Source of the DNA: Oscillospiraceae bacterium
GTDB lineage: Bacteria > Bacillota > Clostridia > Oscillospirales > Ruminococcaceae
DNA length: 64,000 nucleotides
Assembly: GCA_022769565.1 (NCBI GenBank)
Contig: JALEJQ010000008.1
Coordinates: forward strand, 15,833 to 79,832
Direction: 5' to 3'
How positions within the stretch are numbered: the first letter of the stretch is position 1; each line of letters starts with the position of its first letter. Positions 17,061 through 25,010 of this stretch are shown one piece after another. The position numbers were made by a program, and so were the translations under genes. Below the pieces are notes generated by a model. It was given only the letters and a program-made list of their open reading frames with translations. It was not told the origin of the DNA and did no database searches.

Positions 17061-19658
17061 CTATTTACTTACGGAAATATGGCAATCAATATAATGATCT
17101 TTCACAGACTTTGTCTTTACCGAAATATTATAACCGCCGTATTTCATAGAAAATGATTCTGTTTTACCGGAAATATTCCAGTTGCTCTTGTCAGCAAAAG
17201 ACGCATCAAAGTCAGATGTATCTTCTATACCCGTAAAAAGAACAAGAAGTCCCGATATTACTCTTTTTACATCAGATTCACGGGCAGAGTCATTGAACAG
17301 ATCAGTTATATCGGCTTCAAAAGTATTTTCTGAAACATTGTGGGAAAGGGATAATTTACAGCCACCGCCCGATATAAACTTTTCCTTGCTTATATACAAG
17401 GTATTTCCTGAATAGCTTGCCGTCATACCGCCAAGCGAAGCTCTCCAGTTTGTTGCCGAAGGCATTTCATCCCATACATAGTACAGCTTATCAACTATTT
17501 TTAATAAGGTTTTGCTGTCCTTGTACCCCTCGCACAACACCAGCTTTGCTCTTGCGCTTGCATATGCGTCATCAACATCTTTTTCAAAAGAATTCTGCGG
17601 AAATGTATTCAACAGCTTGTTTACTGCCTTTGAAGCGTCCGAATAATAGTATGAAAGCAGTATTTCATCCGTGTCCTTATAACCGCGGCATTTGGACAGA
17701 TAGGTTATTGCATCGGAAATATAGTTCAGATTCATCTGCTGAACACCGTATCGGTAATAACACTCCAGTATCTTTGTGCCCGAATCCGAATATGTACCTG
17801 CACGGGAATATTCATCGGCAGCAGTAAGATAATTCTTGTTATTAAGGTGCTTTTCCGCATTTTCATAGTAGTAACGCTGCACTCTTGTTGAAGCGTCCTT
17901 GTAATCTCCTGCGTTGTAAAAGTAATCTGCGGCACTTGCAGTATTTCCGCTGTTCAGCAGTTCTTCTCCGTAAAGATAGTTGACTTCCTTATACTTTTCT
18001 TTTGCGTCCGAATAGCTGAGATCATGAGCAAAAGAATCGATCGCTTTAAGATACTGCTTGCTGTTAAGATATTCGCAGCCTTGGTCGTAATAGTAGCTTT
18101 CCATGCGTGTTGAAGCGTCTTTGTGATCCCCTGCCTGCTTGAAGTATTTTTCTGCATCTCCGATGTTTCCAAGCAAAAGCTGCTGTTCGGCGTATTCATA
18201 GCTTGCTTCTTTATATCTGCTTTCGGCATTGCTGTAATCACCGGCATTTGCAAAGCAGGTTATTGAATCAAGATACTGCTTGTCATTTGCATAAAGCTCG
18301 CCCTGTTTAAAGCAGCATTCCTTGTATTTTTCCTTTGCATCGGAGTAATCTCCCGCAAGATCAAAATACTGTGCCGCAGCCGAATAATCCATATCGGACA
18401 GATATTTTTCACCTGCTTTATAATACACTTCAAAAACTCTGACCGAAGCATCTTTGTAGTTTCCTGCAAAATCAAAATACAGTCCGGCGTTTTCAAAATC
18501 ATTATTCTGCAGGCATTGCTCCGCTTTATTGTAATATGCGGCAGGTATCTTATCGCCGCCTACTTCGCCCTGATTATAAAAATCTATTGCATTATCATAA
18601 TCACCAATTTCAAAAAATCTGTCGCCTAAGGCTTCAAAGTATTTTTCACCATTATTCGGTGTCCAGTATAAACCGGAACTATAGCTGTTTTCATCAACTA
18701 ATGTTACCGCAAATATAATTCCGTATTCCGAATAACCACGGTCATATACCACTTCATCTGCGTAATATTCAGACATATCCGCCTCGGATATACTGTTTAA
18801 ATTAAGAACATTTGATATATTTTCCTTTGTTGTATTTTTGCCTGTGTCCGCTAACACAGCTGCGGCTGTACTGAGTATTGTTTCTTCATCAGCCTTATCG
18901 GAGGATAACGAATTGTTTGTGATAAACTCTAAAGAAACGATTTCTTCGGTTTCTGTATCCACATAAATAATTTGTGTTAAGGAAGAAAATGAGATTTTAT
19001 AGCATTTCAATTCCTGCTCCGGAGAAATGCTGAATGTTCCTTCCTGAACAACTTTATCTGGATCAATTATCAGATCTTTGAGTTCTTTATCTGCAGGGTC
19101 TTCATCAAAGCTATTTATTTCTTTGAAATAATCAAATTGATATGATGTGTCCTCCTCAATATATGGAAGAGCCGAGTTGTAATAAAACGTGCCGTCCGAT
19201 TCAACGCTTTGAATACATACATAATATGATGAACGCACCCAGCCGCCAAAACTATTCTGAGCGGAAACATCAAGCAGCACGATCGCTCTGCCGTAATCAT
19301 CCTTTTCATATACCTGCTCAGAGTTATATACTGCTGTGGAAGGATTCTTCAAGGCTTTATTTATCAATGTTTTTGCACAACCAATATAATCGGAATCGGA
19401 CACTTTTGTATTAATTGATGTAGTTACCGAGCTTCTTAATTCAGAATTATACTCAGATATATACTTGTCAAGAGATACTCTTCTGACTGCAATGTTTTTG
19501 ACCGGCTGAACTGTGTTTCCCGATGCACTTCCGTCATTATTACCTACAGCTGTATTTTGCGCAGCATTATCAAATACTCCTGTTTTTCCCTCTTTTGAAC
19601 ATCCGCTCATCAACATAAGCAAAGTCGCACATAAAACCGTTGATAACAATTTTTTCAT
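17061..19658 (-). CDS. large repeat-containing lipoprotein
   Basis: Lipobox LMLMSGC. About 9-10 tandem repeats of roughly 37 aa with the pattern YF..AGDYKDAS.R...YYY (helical, TPR/Sel1-like). Confidence 0.75.
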   Translation of the reverse strand: MKKLLSTVLCATLLMLMSGCSKEGKTGVFDNAAQNTAVGNNDGSASGNTVQPVKNIAVRRVSLDKYISEYNSELRSSVTTSINTKVSDSDYIGCAKTLINKALKNPSTAVYNSEQVYEKDDYGRAIVLLDVSAQNSFGGWVRSSYYVCIQSVESDGTFYYNSALPYIEEDTSYQFDYFKEINSFDEDPADKELKDLIIDPDKVVQEGTFSISPEQELKCYKISFSSLTQIIYVDTETEEIVSLEFITNNSLSSDKADEETILSTAAAVLADTGKNTTKENISNVLNLNSISEADMSEYYADEVVYDRGYSEYGIIFAVTLVDENSYSSGLYWTPNNGEKYFEALGDRFFEIGDYDNAIDFYNQGEVGGDKIPAAYYNKAEQCLQNNDFENAGLYFDFAGNYKDASVRVFEVYYKAGEKYLSDMDYSAAAQYFDLAGDYSDAKEKYKECCFKQGELYANDKQYLDSITCFANAGDYSNAESRYKEASYEYAEQQLLLGNIGDAEKYFKQAGDHKDASTRMESYYYDQGCEYLNSKQYLKAIDSFAHDLSYSDAKEKYKEVNYLYGEELLNSGNTASAADYFYNAGDYKDASTRVQRYYYENAEKHLNNKNYLTAADEYSRAGTYSDSGTKILECYYRYGVQQMNLNYISDAITYLSKCRGYKDTDEILLSYYYSDASKAVNKLLNTFPQNSFEKDVDDAYASARAKLVLCEGYKDSKTLLKIVDKLYYVWDEMPSATNWRASLGGMTASYSGNTLYISKEKFISGGGCKLSLSHNVSENTFEADITDLFNDSARESDVKRVISGLLVLFTGIEDTSDFDASFADKSNWNISGKTESFSMKYGGYNISVKTKSVKDHYIDCHISVSK

Positions 19659-19857
19659 AGTAATTTCCCTTGAGCATAATAATCTTGTACCGTAATATCA
19701 CCTATCGAATCCATTAATATCGCCGATTTTTTCGGTGTAAGCCTTGACTATCTTGCAGGAAGGACAAACTGCAAAGAGATCCGCAGGTAATATTTTGCTT
19801 CTCAATTATTATAACGCACAAAAAAGGAAATGTCTTGGACAAAAAGTCCAAATTTAC

Positions 19858-21363
19858 TCAATAATGCAATATCATACTGCCGTTCTCGAGCTTATAGTAT
19901 GTGGGAAAGTCAGACCATAAAATTCCCGGTGACGATTCATATATGGAAAAATGCTCGGGATAAGCATTCATTTCTCCTTCGGCTAATTTGTAGTTTCCCT
20001 GCTCATCGCTGTATATGCACCATGCGGATGTATAATTTTCACGCAGAGCCTGCCCGTCGGAATATTCCACTATCAGAGCATCACTTATAAAAGGAAGTAT
20101 ATCAAGAATTCCGTCGCCGTTCATATCATAAAAAACCAGCTCTGCCACCTTGCTGCTGTCCTGATAGCTGTATGCTCCCGGAACAAAAGTATCTTCAAAG
20201 GAAAATTCTTCGCCGTTTACCGTGACCGTACAGCTGCTTCCGCTTTTTTCGGCGGCTATTTTTACAGGCGGAATATCCTCACCAAGGGGGATTTCCGCTT
20301 CATATGCTCCGTCGTACCACATTCTTATGCACAAAACGCCCTCTTCGTAATACGGTACAGACACAATTTCGCTGTAATACAATTCATATGACACGGTATC
20401 GGCGGTCTCTTCCGTTTCCGACACCGCTGCTTCCGTTTCGCTTGTCTGAACAGCCTGTTCGCTTTCGGAAGAAATAACAGCTTCGCTTTGTATTTCTTCC
20501 GCAACAGCCGTTTCCCTTTCGCTCACCAAAATTTGCTGCGTAAGGCTGTTTGTTCCAACATCTGCGGTCAATGTATCTTCCGTCCCGGCAGGATAAAGAC
20601 TAAAGCACAAAGCCGCACCTGCCAGCGCCGCTGTAAGACCTGCAGCAGCTATTACTATCCATTGCTTTCTGCCCTTATCAAGATAGCTGCGCAGCTCGGC
20701 AATGCTCTGAAACCGCCTTGACGGGTCAAACTCCGTACAGCGTGATATTGCGTTTCGCATTCTTTCGGAGGAATTATGCCTGTTTGTTATTTCCTTCATT
20801 GTAACGCCCAAGGCATAAATATCCGTGCGGAAGTCGCTCTGTGAAAAGCCGAATTGTTCGGGTGCGGCATATCCTACGGTACCGAACAGCTCCGTATCGG
20901 CGCTGCGCTTGTCCGAATAGGGTCTTGCAATGCTGTAATCAATAAGCACAGCTCCGCCGTTGTCCGAAATTATCATATTTGACGGCTTTATATCACGGTG
21001 AACAAGACCGTTCTTATGAAGCGTATCAACGGCATCTGTCAGGCTGTCAAAAACGGCTTTTATCTGCTTTTTATCAAACATCTTCCCTTCGGAAATAAGC
21101 TGTTCCATTGTTTTTCCTTCGATATACTGCTCAATTATCACCGTATCTTCGCCGAAAATGACCTCATATATCTTTGGTATATGCACATTTTTTATCCCTG
21201 CAAGGATGTTGAATACCCTGCGCTTGTCGGAATGATAGGTTTTCCTGATATACTTTTTTCCATCAAGGCTGCATATGACAGCTTCTACCGTGACCTCGGC
21301 GGTTTCCCGTATAACGCTGTCGCTCTGATACGTTGAAAGGATATATTTCTCTTTTTCCGTCAC
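19858..21363 (-). CDS. membrane Ser/Thr protein kinase with extracytoplasmic C-terminal domain
   Basis: Hanks kinase motifs HRDIKPSNMII and GTVGYAAPE; TM segment WIVIAAAGLTAALAGAALCF; the C-terminal region carries a DMNGDGILD calcium-loop-like motif. Confidence 0.85.
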   Translation of the reverse strand: MTEKEKYILSTYQSDSVIRETAEVTVEAVICSLDGKKYIRKTYHSDKRRVFNILAGIKNVHIPKIYEVIFGEDTVIIEQYIEGKTMEQLISEGKMFDKKQIKAVFDSLTDAVDTLHKNGLVHRDIKPSNMIISDNGGAVLIDYSIARPYSDKRSADTELFGTVGYAAPEQFGFSQSDFRTDIYALGVTMKEITNRHNSSERMRNAISRCTEFDPSRRFQSIAELRSYLDKGRKQWIVIAAAGLTAALAGAALCFSLYPAGTEDTLTADVGTNSLTQQILVSERETAVAEEIQSEAVISSESEQAVQTSETEAAVSETEETADTVSYELYYSEIVSVPYYEEGVLCIRMWYDGAYEAEIPLGEDIPPVKIAAEKSGSSCTVTVNGEEFSFEDTFVPGAYSYQDSSKVAELVFYDMNGDGILDILPFISDALIVEYSDGQALRENYTSAWCIYSDEQGNYKLAEGEMNAYPEHFSIYESSPGILWSDFPTYYKLENGSMILHY

Positions 21364-21381
21364 GCTTTTCTCCTCCGAAGG

Positions 21382-21798
21382 TTATAAGGTCTCTGCATTC
21401 ATATCATAAAGAAGCTCGTTCAGCTCTATTATGCTTTTATGCTCCTTTATCCCGTAAATAATGATGGAATCACGCTTGTCACGGGGGTCAAGGACTGCAA
21501 ACTTTGATATTCTCAGCAACAGCTGTGTTTCGTCCAGGGTTATCCCCATTCCCACAGCTATTGCCGCAATAACATCACGGCTGGGCTTCCGCTGTCCGCT
21601 TATGACCTTATAAACATAATCACCCTGCCCCGAATTTCTGCACACAGACGATATGCTCAGGTGCTTTTGCTCGATATAATTCTGCAGAAATTCGGAACAG
21701 GTCACATTCAAAAACTCAGACTGATACTCGTCAATAAATTTTATTATATCCTTGCTGTCAATAAGATGATGCAGCAATTCGGATGTGGCAATACTCAC
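21382..21798 (-). CDS. XRE-like helix-turn-helix protein
   Basis: GTG at 21798 preceded by AAGGAGAG. LSISSVCRNSGQGDYVYKVISGQRKPSRDVIAAIAVGMG is an HTH_3-like segment. The longer track ORF would cross a terminator and a promoter. Confidence 0.65.
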   Translation of the reverse strand: MSIATSELLHHLIDSKDIIKFIDEYQSEFLNVTCSEFLQNYIEQKHLSISSVCRNSGQGDYVYKVISGQRKPSRDVIAAIAVGMGITLDETQLLLRISKFAVLDPRDKRDSIIIYGIKEHKSIIELNELLYDMNAETL

Positions 21799-21840
21799 AG
21801 CTAACTCTCCTTCGCAAACCAAAATAATGTTGATAATTGT

Positions 21841-21869
21841 ATTATATTGCTTTTTTATGTAAAAATCAA
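21841..21869 (-). promoter_or_regulatory. sigma-A-type promoter (TTGATT-17-TATAAT) for the HTH-kinase cluster
   Basis: Minus-strand hexamers at 21864-21869 and 21841-21846 with a 17-nt spacer. Confidence 0.55.
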
Positions 21870-21874
21870 TAGCG

Positions 21875-21910
21875 TAAAAAAGGCGGAGCAGATACATTAC
21901 CTGCTTCGCC
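21875..21910 (-). terminator. intrinsic terminator of the sulfur operon
   Basis: Minus-strand GGCGAAGCAG-loop-CTGCTCCGCC followed by TTTTTT. Confidence 0.7.
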
Positions 21911-21918
21911 TTTATTAA

Positions 21919-22076
21919 TACTAATAACCAATTAACCTATGGACAAATCCGACGTCTATAATACGCCCATTTTGCGTCAAGCTCCCTTGACAGGCGGCAG
22001 CCTGCCTGCGGTCGCTTTCCTTGACTGGACGTATTCTATCCGCCGTCTTTATCCATAGAACAATTGGTTATTAGTA
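21919..22076 (-). repeat. TACTAAT-family structured element, copy B
   Basis: 158 nt, the reverse complement is collinear with copies A, C and D. Perfect outer stem AACCAATT/AATTGGTT. Confidence 0.85.
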
Positions 22077-22086
22077 TAAAATGCAA

Positions 22087-23781
22087 TTACTTATCCGACC
22101 GGATAATTACCTTTCTGTAGGTATCGAAACGCACCCATTTTTCAAAGAATGCAGAACGTCCGCTTTCGGGTGCTTCGGCGTATTCCTTGAGGAATTCCTG
22201 CACCTCACCGTCAGAGGAAGCCTTTATTTCAAAGCCTCGTCCGTTCAGCAGGGGAACGCCGCCGTAGGTGTATTTCTCCGTGGGGATAATATCCTCTATC
22301 CTTCTGTCACGAACCTTAACGGAAACTCCGTCACGCAAAACGATGATGTCAAAGCTGTCGGGGTATTTGTAGCTTTCGCCCTCGGTGGGTATCTCGTCGC
22401 CAACGGTGTACGCCGTCTTGACAGGCTGGTATTTCAGAACATTAAGGCTGCTTGTGTCATAGTAGAATTCCTCGAAAATGTCACCTCTTGCGGTAAGTCC
22501 GTCCTTTTGGAAGGAAGCCTTTTCCGTGCCGGAGCCGCCCTTTTCGCTTACCTCTTCAACAACGCCGCAGGCAGAAGTCATATTCGTTACACGGTCGATA
22601 AGGATAAACTCGCCCAGTGTCTTGTGGTTGGAAAACAGGTCGGCAGGTATTGCCTCGGCAAAAAGTATGCTGCAAACGGCAATTCCGTTCTTGGAAAGGT
22701 TCTCCGCCTTGATATGCTCCCCTGTGTTTACGTCAACGGCATATTCTATATCAGTAACAACGCCCGGGATAGTCTTTGTTCCCAGCTTTACAAGATAATC
22801 CTTGCCGGGAGTAAGCTCCTCGTCGTCCATCCACAGAACGGACGCCTTTATCTTCTTGTAGACCGCCACCTCTGCACCCTTTGCAAGGACACAGCCTCTT
22901 GAAACGTCCACTTCCTTGTCAAGGGAAATAGTTACAGGCTGTCCCTTGTAAGCGGTATCCACGCTCTTGTCGGTCATAAGTATACCCTTTACAGCCGCTC
23001 TTTCGTTGCTGGGCAGGGCAACTATCTCATCGCCCACGCTTATGCTGCCTGCTTCGATCTGTCCCTGAAAGCCTCTGAATGTGCGGTCGGGGCGGCATAC
23101 CCTCTGGACGGGCATATAAAAACCCTTTTCGCTGTCGTCCGAAGCAATGTCCACCGTTTCAAGGTATTCAAGGAGGGGAACTCCGCTGTACCATTTTATG
23201 TTATCCGACTTTTGGGTAACGTTGTCGCCTTCCGTTGCGGAAAGGGGGATTATCTGCACGTTGTTAAGGGAAAGCTCCTTTTCAAGTGCTTCTATCTGTG
23301 TGCATATCTCCTTGAAGCGTTCCTCGCTGTAGCCTACAAGATCCATTTTGTTTACGGCAAAAACAAAGTATCTTATGCCCATAAGACGGCATATCCTTGC
23401 GTGTCTTCTTGTCTGCACAAGTACGCCCTGTGAAGCGTCCACAAGTATTACCGCAAGGTCGGCAAAGGAAGCGCCGACCGCCATATTTCGTGTGTATTCC
23501 TCATGACCGGGAGTGTCCGCAACGATAAAGCTGCGGTTGTCCGTTGTAAAGTATCTGTACGCAACATCTATGGTGATGCCCTGTTCACGCTCTGCCATAA
23601 GACCGTCAAGAAGAAGGGAGTAGTCTATCTTTCCGCTTCTGCTGCCCACCTTGCTGTCAAGCTCAAGTGCCTTTTCCTGGTCGGCGTAAAGCAGCTTGGA
23701 ATCGTATAAAATATGTCCGATAAGCGTTGATTTGCCGTCGTCCACGCTTCCGCAGGTTATAAATTTAAGCAAGCCTTTCAT
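22087..23781 (-). CDS. cysN: sulfate adenylyltransferase subunit 1 (CysN GTPase) with extra 153-aa C-terminal domain
   Basis: G1 GSVDDGKST, DTPGHEEY and NKMD GTPase motifs. The CysN-type end block FILIDRVTNMTSACGVV is followed by 153 residues with no P-loop. Confidence 0.85.
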   Translation of the reverse strand: MKGLLKFITCGSVDDGKSTLIGHILYDSKLLYADQEKALELDSKVGSRSGKIDYSLLLDGLMAEREQGITIDVAYRYFTTDNRSFIVADTPGHEEYTRNMAVGASFADLAVILVDASQGVLVQTRRHARICRLMGIRYFVFAVNKMDLVGYSEERFKEICTQIEALEKELSLNNVQIIPLSATEGDNVTQKSDNIKWYSGVPLLEYLETVDIASDDSEKGFYMPVQRVCRPDRTFRGFQGQIEAGSISVGDEIVALPSNERAAVKGILMTDKSVDTAYKGQPVTISLDKEVDVSRGCVLAKGAEVAVYKKIKASVLWMDDEELTPGKDYLVKLGTKTIPGVVTDIEYAVDVNTGEHIKAENLSKNGIAVCSILFAEAIPADLFSNHKTLGEFILIDRVTNMTSACGVVEEVSEKGGSGTEKASFQKDGLTARGDIFEEFYYDTSSLNVLKYQPVKTAYTVGDEIPTEGESYKYPDSFDIIVLRDGVSVKVRDRRIEDIIPTEKYTYGGVPLLNGRGFEIKASSDGEVQEFLKEYAEAPESGRSAFFEKWVRFDTYRKVIIRSDK

Positions 23782-23783
23782 TA

Positions 23784-24683
23784 TCAGAAATACCCCTCTC
23801 TCTTGCGGCGCTCCATACTTCCTGCCGCTTCATTGTCAATAACTCTCGAAGTTCTTTCGGAGGAAACGGAGCTTAATGTTTCTGCGATTATCTCATCAAG
23901 AGTGTTAGCCGTGGATTCTATTCCGCCCGTAAGAGGATAGCAGCCCAGAGTTCTGAAACGCACCGACTTCATCTGCGGCACTTCGCCCTCTTTCAAGGGA
24001 AAACGGTCGTCGTCCACCATTATAATGTTTCCGTCACGCTCCACAACGGGGCGCTCCTTGGCAAAATAAAGGGGCACAATATCAATGTTTTCACGCTTTA
24101 TGTACTGCCAGATGTCCTTTTCCGTCCAGTTGGAAATAGGGAAAACTCTTATGCTTTCGCCCTTGTTTATTTTGGTGTTGTACAGCTTCCACATTTCGGG
24201 ACGCTGGTTCTTGGGGTCCCAAGCGTGGGCGGAATTTCTGAAAGAGAATATTCTTTCCTTGGCTCTGGATTTTTCCTCATCTCTTCTGCCGCCGCCGAAA
24301 GCTGCGGTGAAGCCGTATTTGTTGAGTGCCTGCTTGAGTGCCTGTGTTTTCATAATGTCCGTGTAGGCTGCACCGTGGTCGAAGGGGTTAATGCCCTGTT
24401 TTACGCCGTCCTCGTTGATATATTCAAGCATTTCTATGCCCAGCTTCTGCGCTGTTTTGTCACGGAACTCTATCATCTCTTTAAACTTCCATGTAGTGTT
24501 AACATGAAGGAACGGGAAGGGCGGCTTTTCGGGGTAAAAGGCTTTCATTGCAAGATGAAGCATTACCGAGCTGTCCTTTCCGATAGAATAAAGCATTACG
24601 GGCTTTTCACATTCGGCTGCGACCTCTCTTATGATGTATATCGCCTCCGCTTCAAGCTCGTCAAGGTGTGAAAATTCGTTCAC
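23784..24683 (-). CDS. cysD: sulfate adenylyltransferase subunit 2
   Basis: [18 protein letters not shown]..., the PAPS-reductase-fold [12 protein letters not shown], and the end ...[12 protein letters not shown] are characteristic of CysD. Confidence 0.9.
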   Translation of the reverse strand: MNEFSHLDELEAEAIYIIREVAAECEKPVMLYSIGKDSSVMLHLAMKAFYPEKPPFPFLHVNTTWKFKEMIEFRDKTAQKLGIEMLEYINEDGVKQGINPFDHGAAYTDIMKTQALKQALNKYGFTAAFGGGRRDEEKSRAKERIFSFRNSAHAWDPKNQRPEMWKLYNTKINKGESIRVFPISNWTEKDIWQYIKRENIDIVPLYFAKERPVVERDGNIIMVDDDRFPLKEGEVPQMKSVRFRTLGCYPLTGGIESTANTLDEIIAETLSSVSSERTSRVIDNEAAGSMERRKREGYF

Positions 24684-24695
24684 GCTGCTTCCCTC

Positions 24696-25010
24696 CTAAT
24701 ATTTGTTGGATTCTTTGGGGTCAATATCGATGTTTGTGACCGTTCCGTCGGGGCGTTCTATTACCCAGCGGAGCAGACCCTTGCTTTTTTCGGTGTGTAC
24801 CATACTTCCCGTGCCACCGATGTCTGCGCCGAGGTAAAATTTAACGGCGTTCACGGGGCATTCCTTTACGCAGGAGGTGCAGCCCCAGCAGTCCTTGGGA
24901 TATTTTATATACGCCTTGCCCGTTTCGTCGATCTTGATAAGAGTTCCGGGACAGACTTCACGGCATCTGCCGCAGCCGACGCATTTTTCTCTGTCAATCG
25001 CAATGCTCAT
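24696..25010 (-). CDS. aprB: 2x[4Fe-4S] ferredoxin, AprB-like small subunit
   Basis: Two CxxCxxCxxxCP motifs (CVGCGRCREVCP, CWGCTSCVKECP). Overlaps the upstream flavoprotein gene by 17 nt. Confidence 0.6.
   Translation of the reverse strand: MSIAIDREKCVGCGRCREVCPGTLIKIDETGKAYIKYPKDCWGCTSCVKECPVNAVKFYLGADIGGTGSMVHTEKSKGLLRWVIERPDGTVTNIDIDPKESNKY

Noticed and set aside
21799-21897. Longer 171-aa form of the HTH protein
   Set aside because: It would have to start within the sulfur-operon terminator stem and upstream of the predicted promoter (21841-21869). The GTG at 21798 has an AAGGAGAG RBS.
22081-22902. 273-aa plus-strand ORF, together with other plus-strand ORFs across 22478-35618
   Set aside because: All are antisense to well-supported sulfur-operon genes (cysN, cysD, aprA, trxB, thiF-like, sir, metY, cysAWT, sbp) and lack an RBS or any motif. 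They are shadow ORFs.
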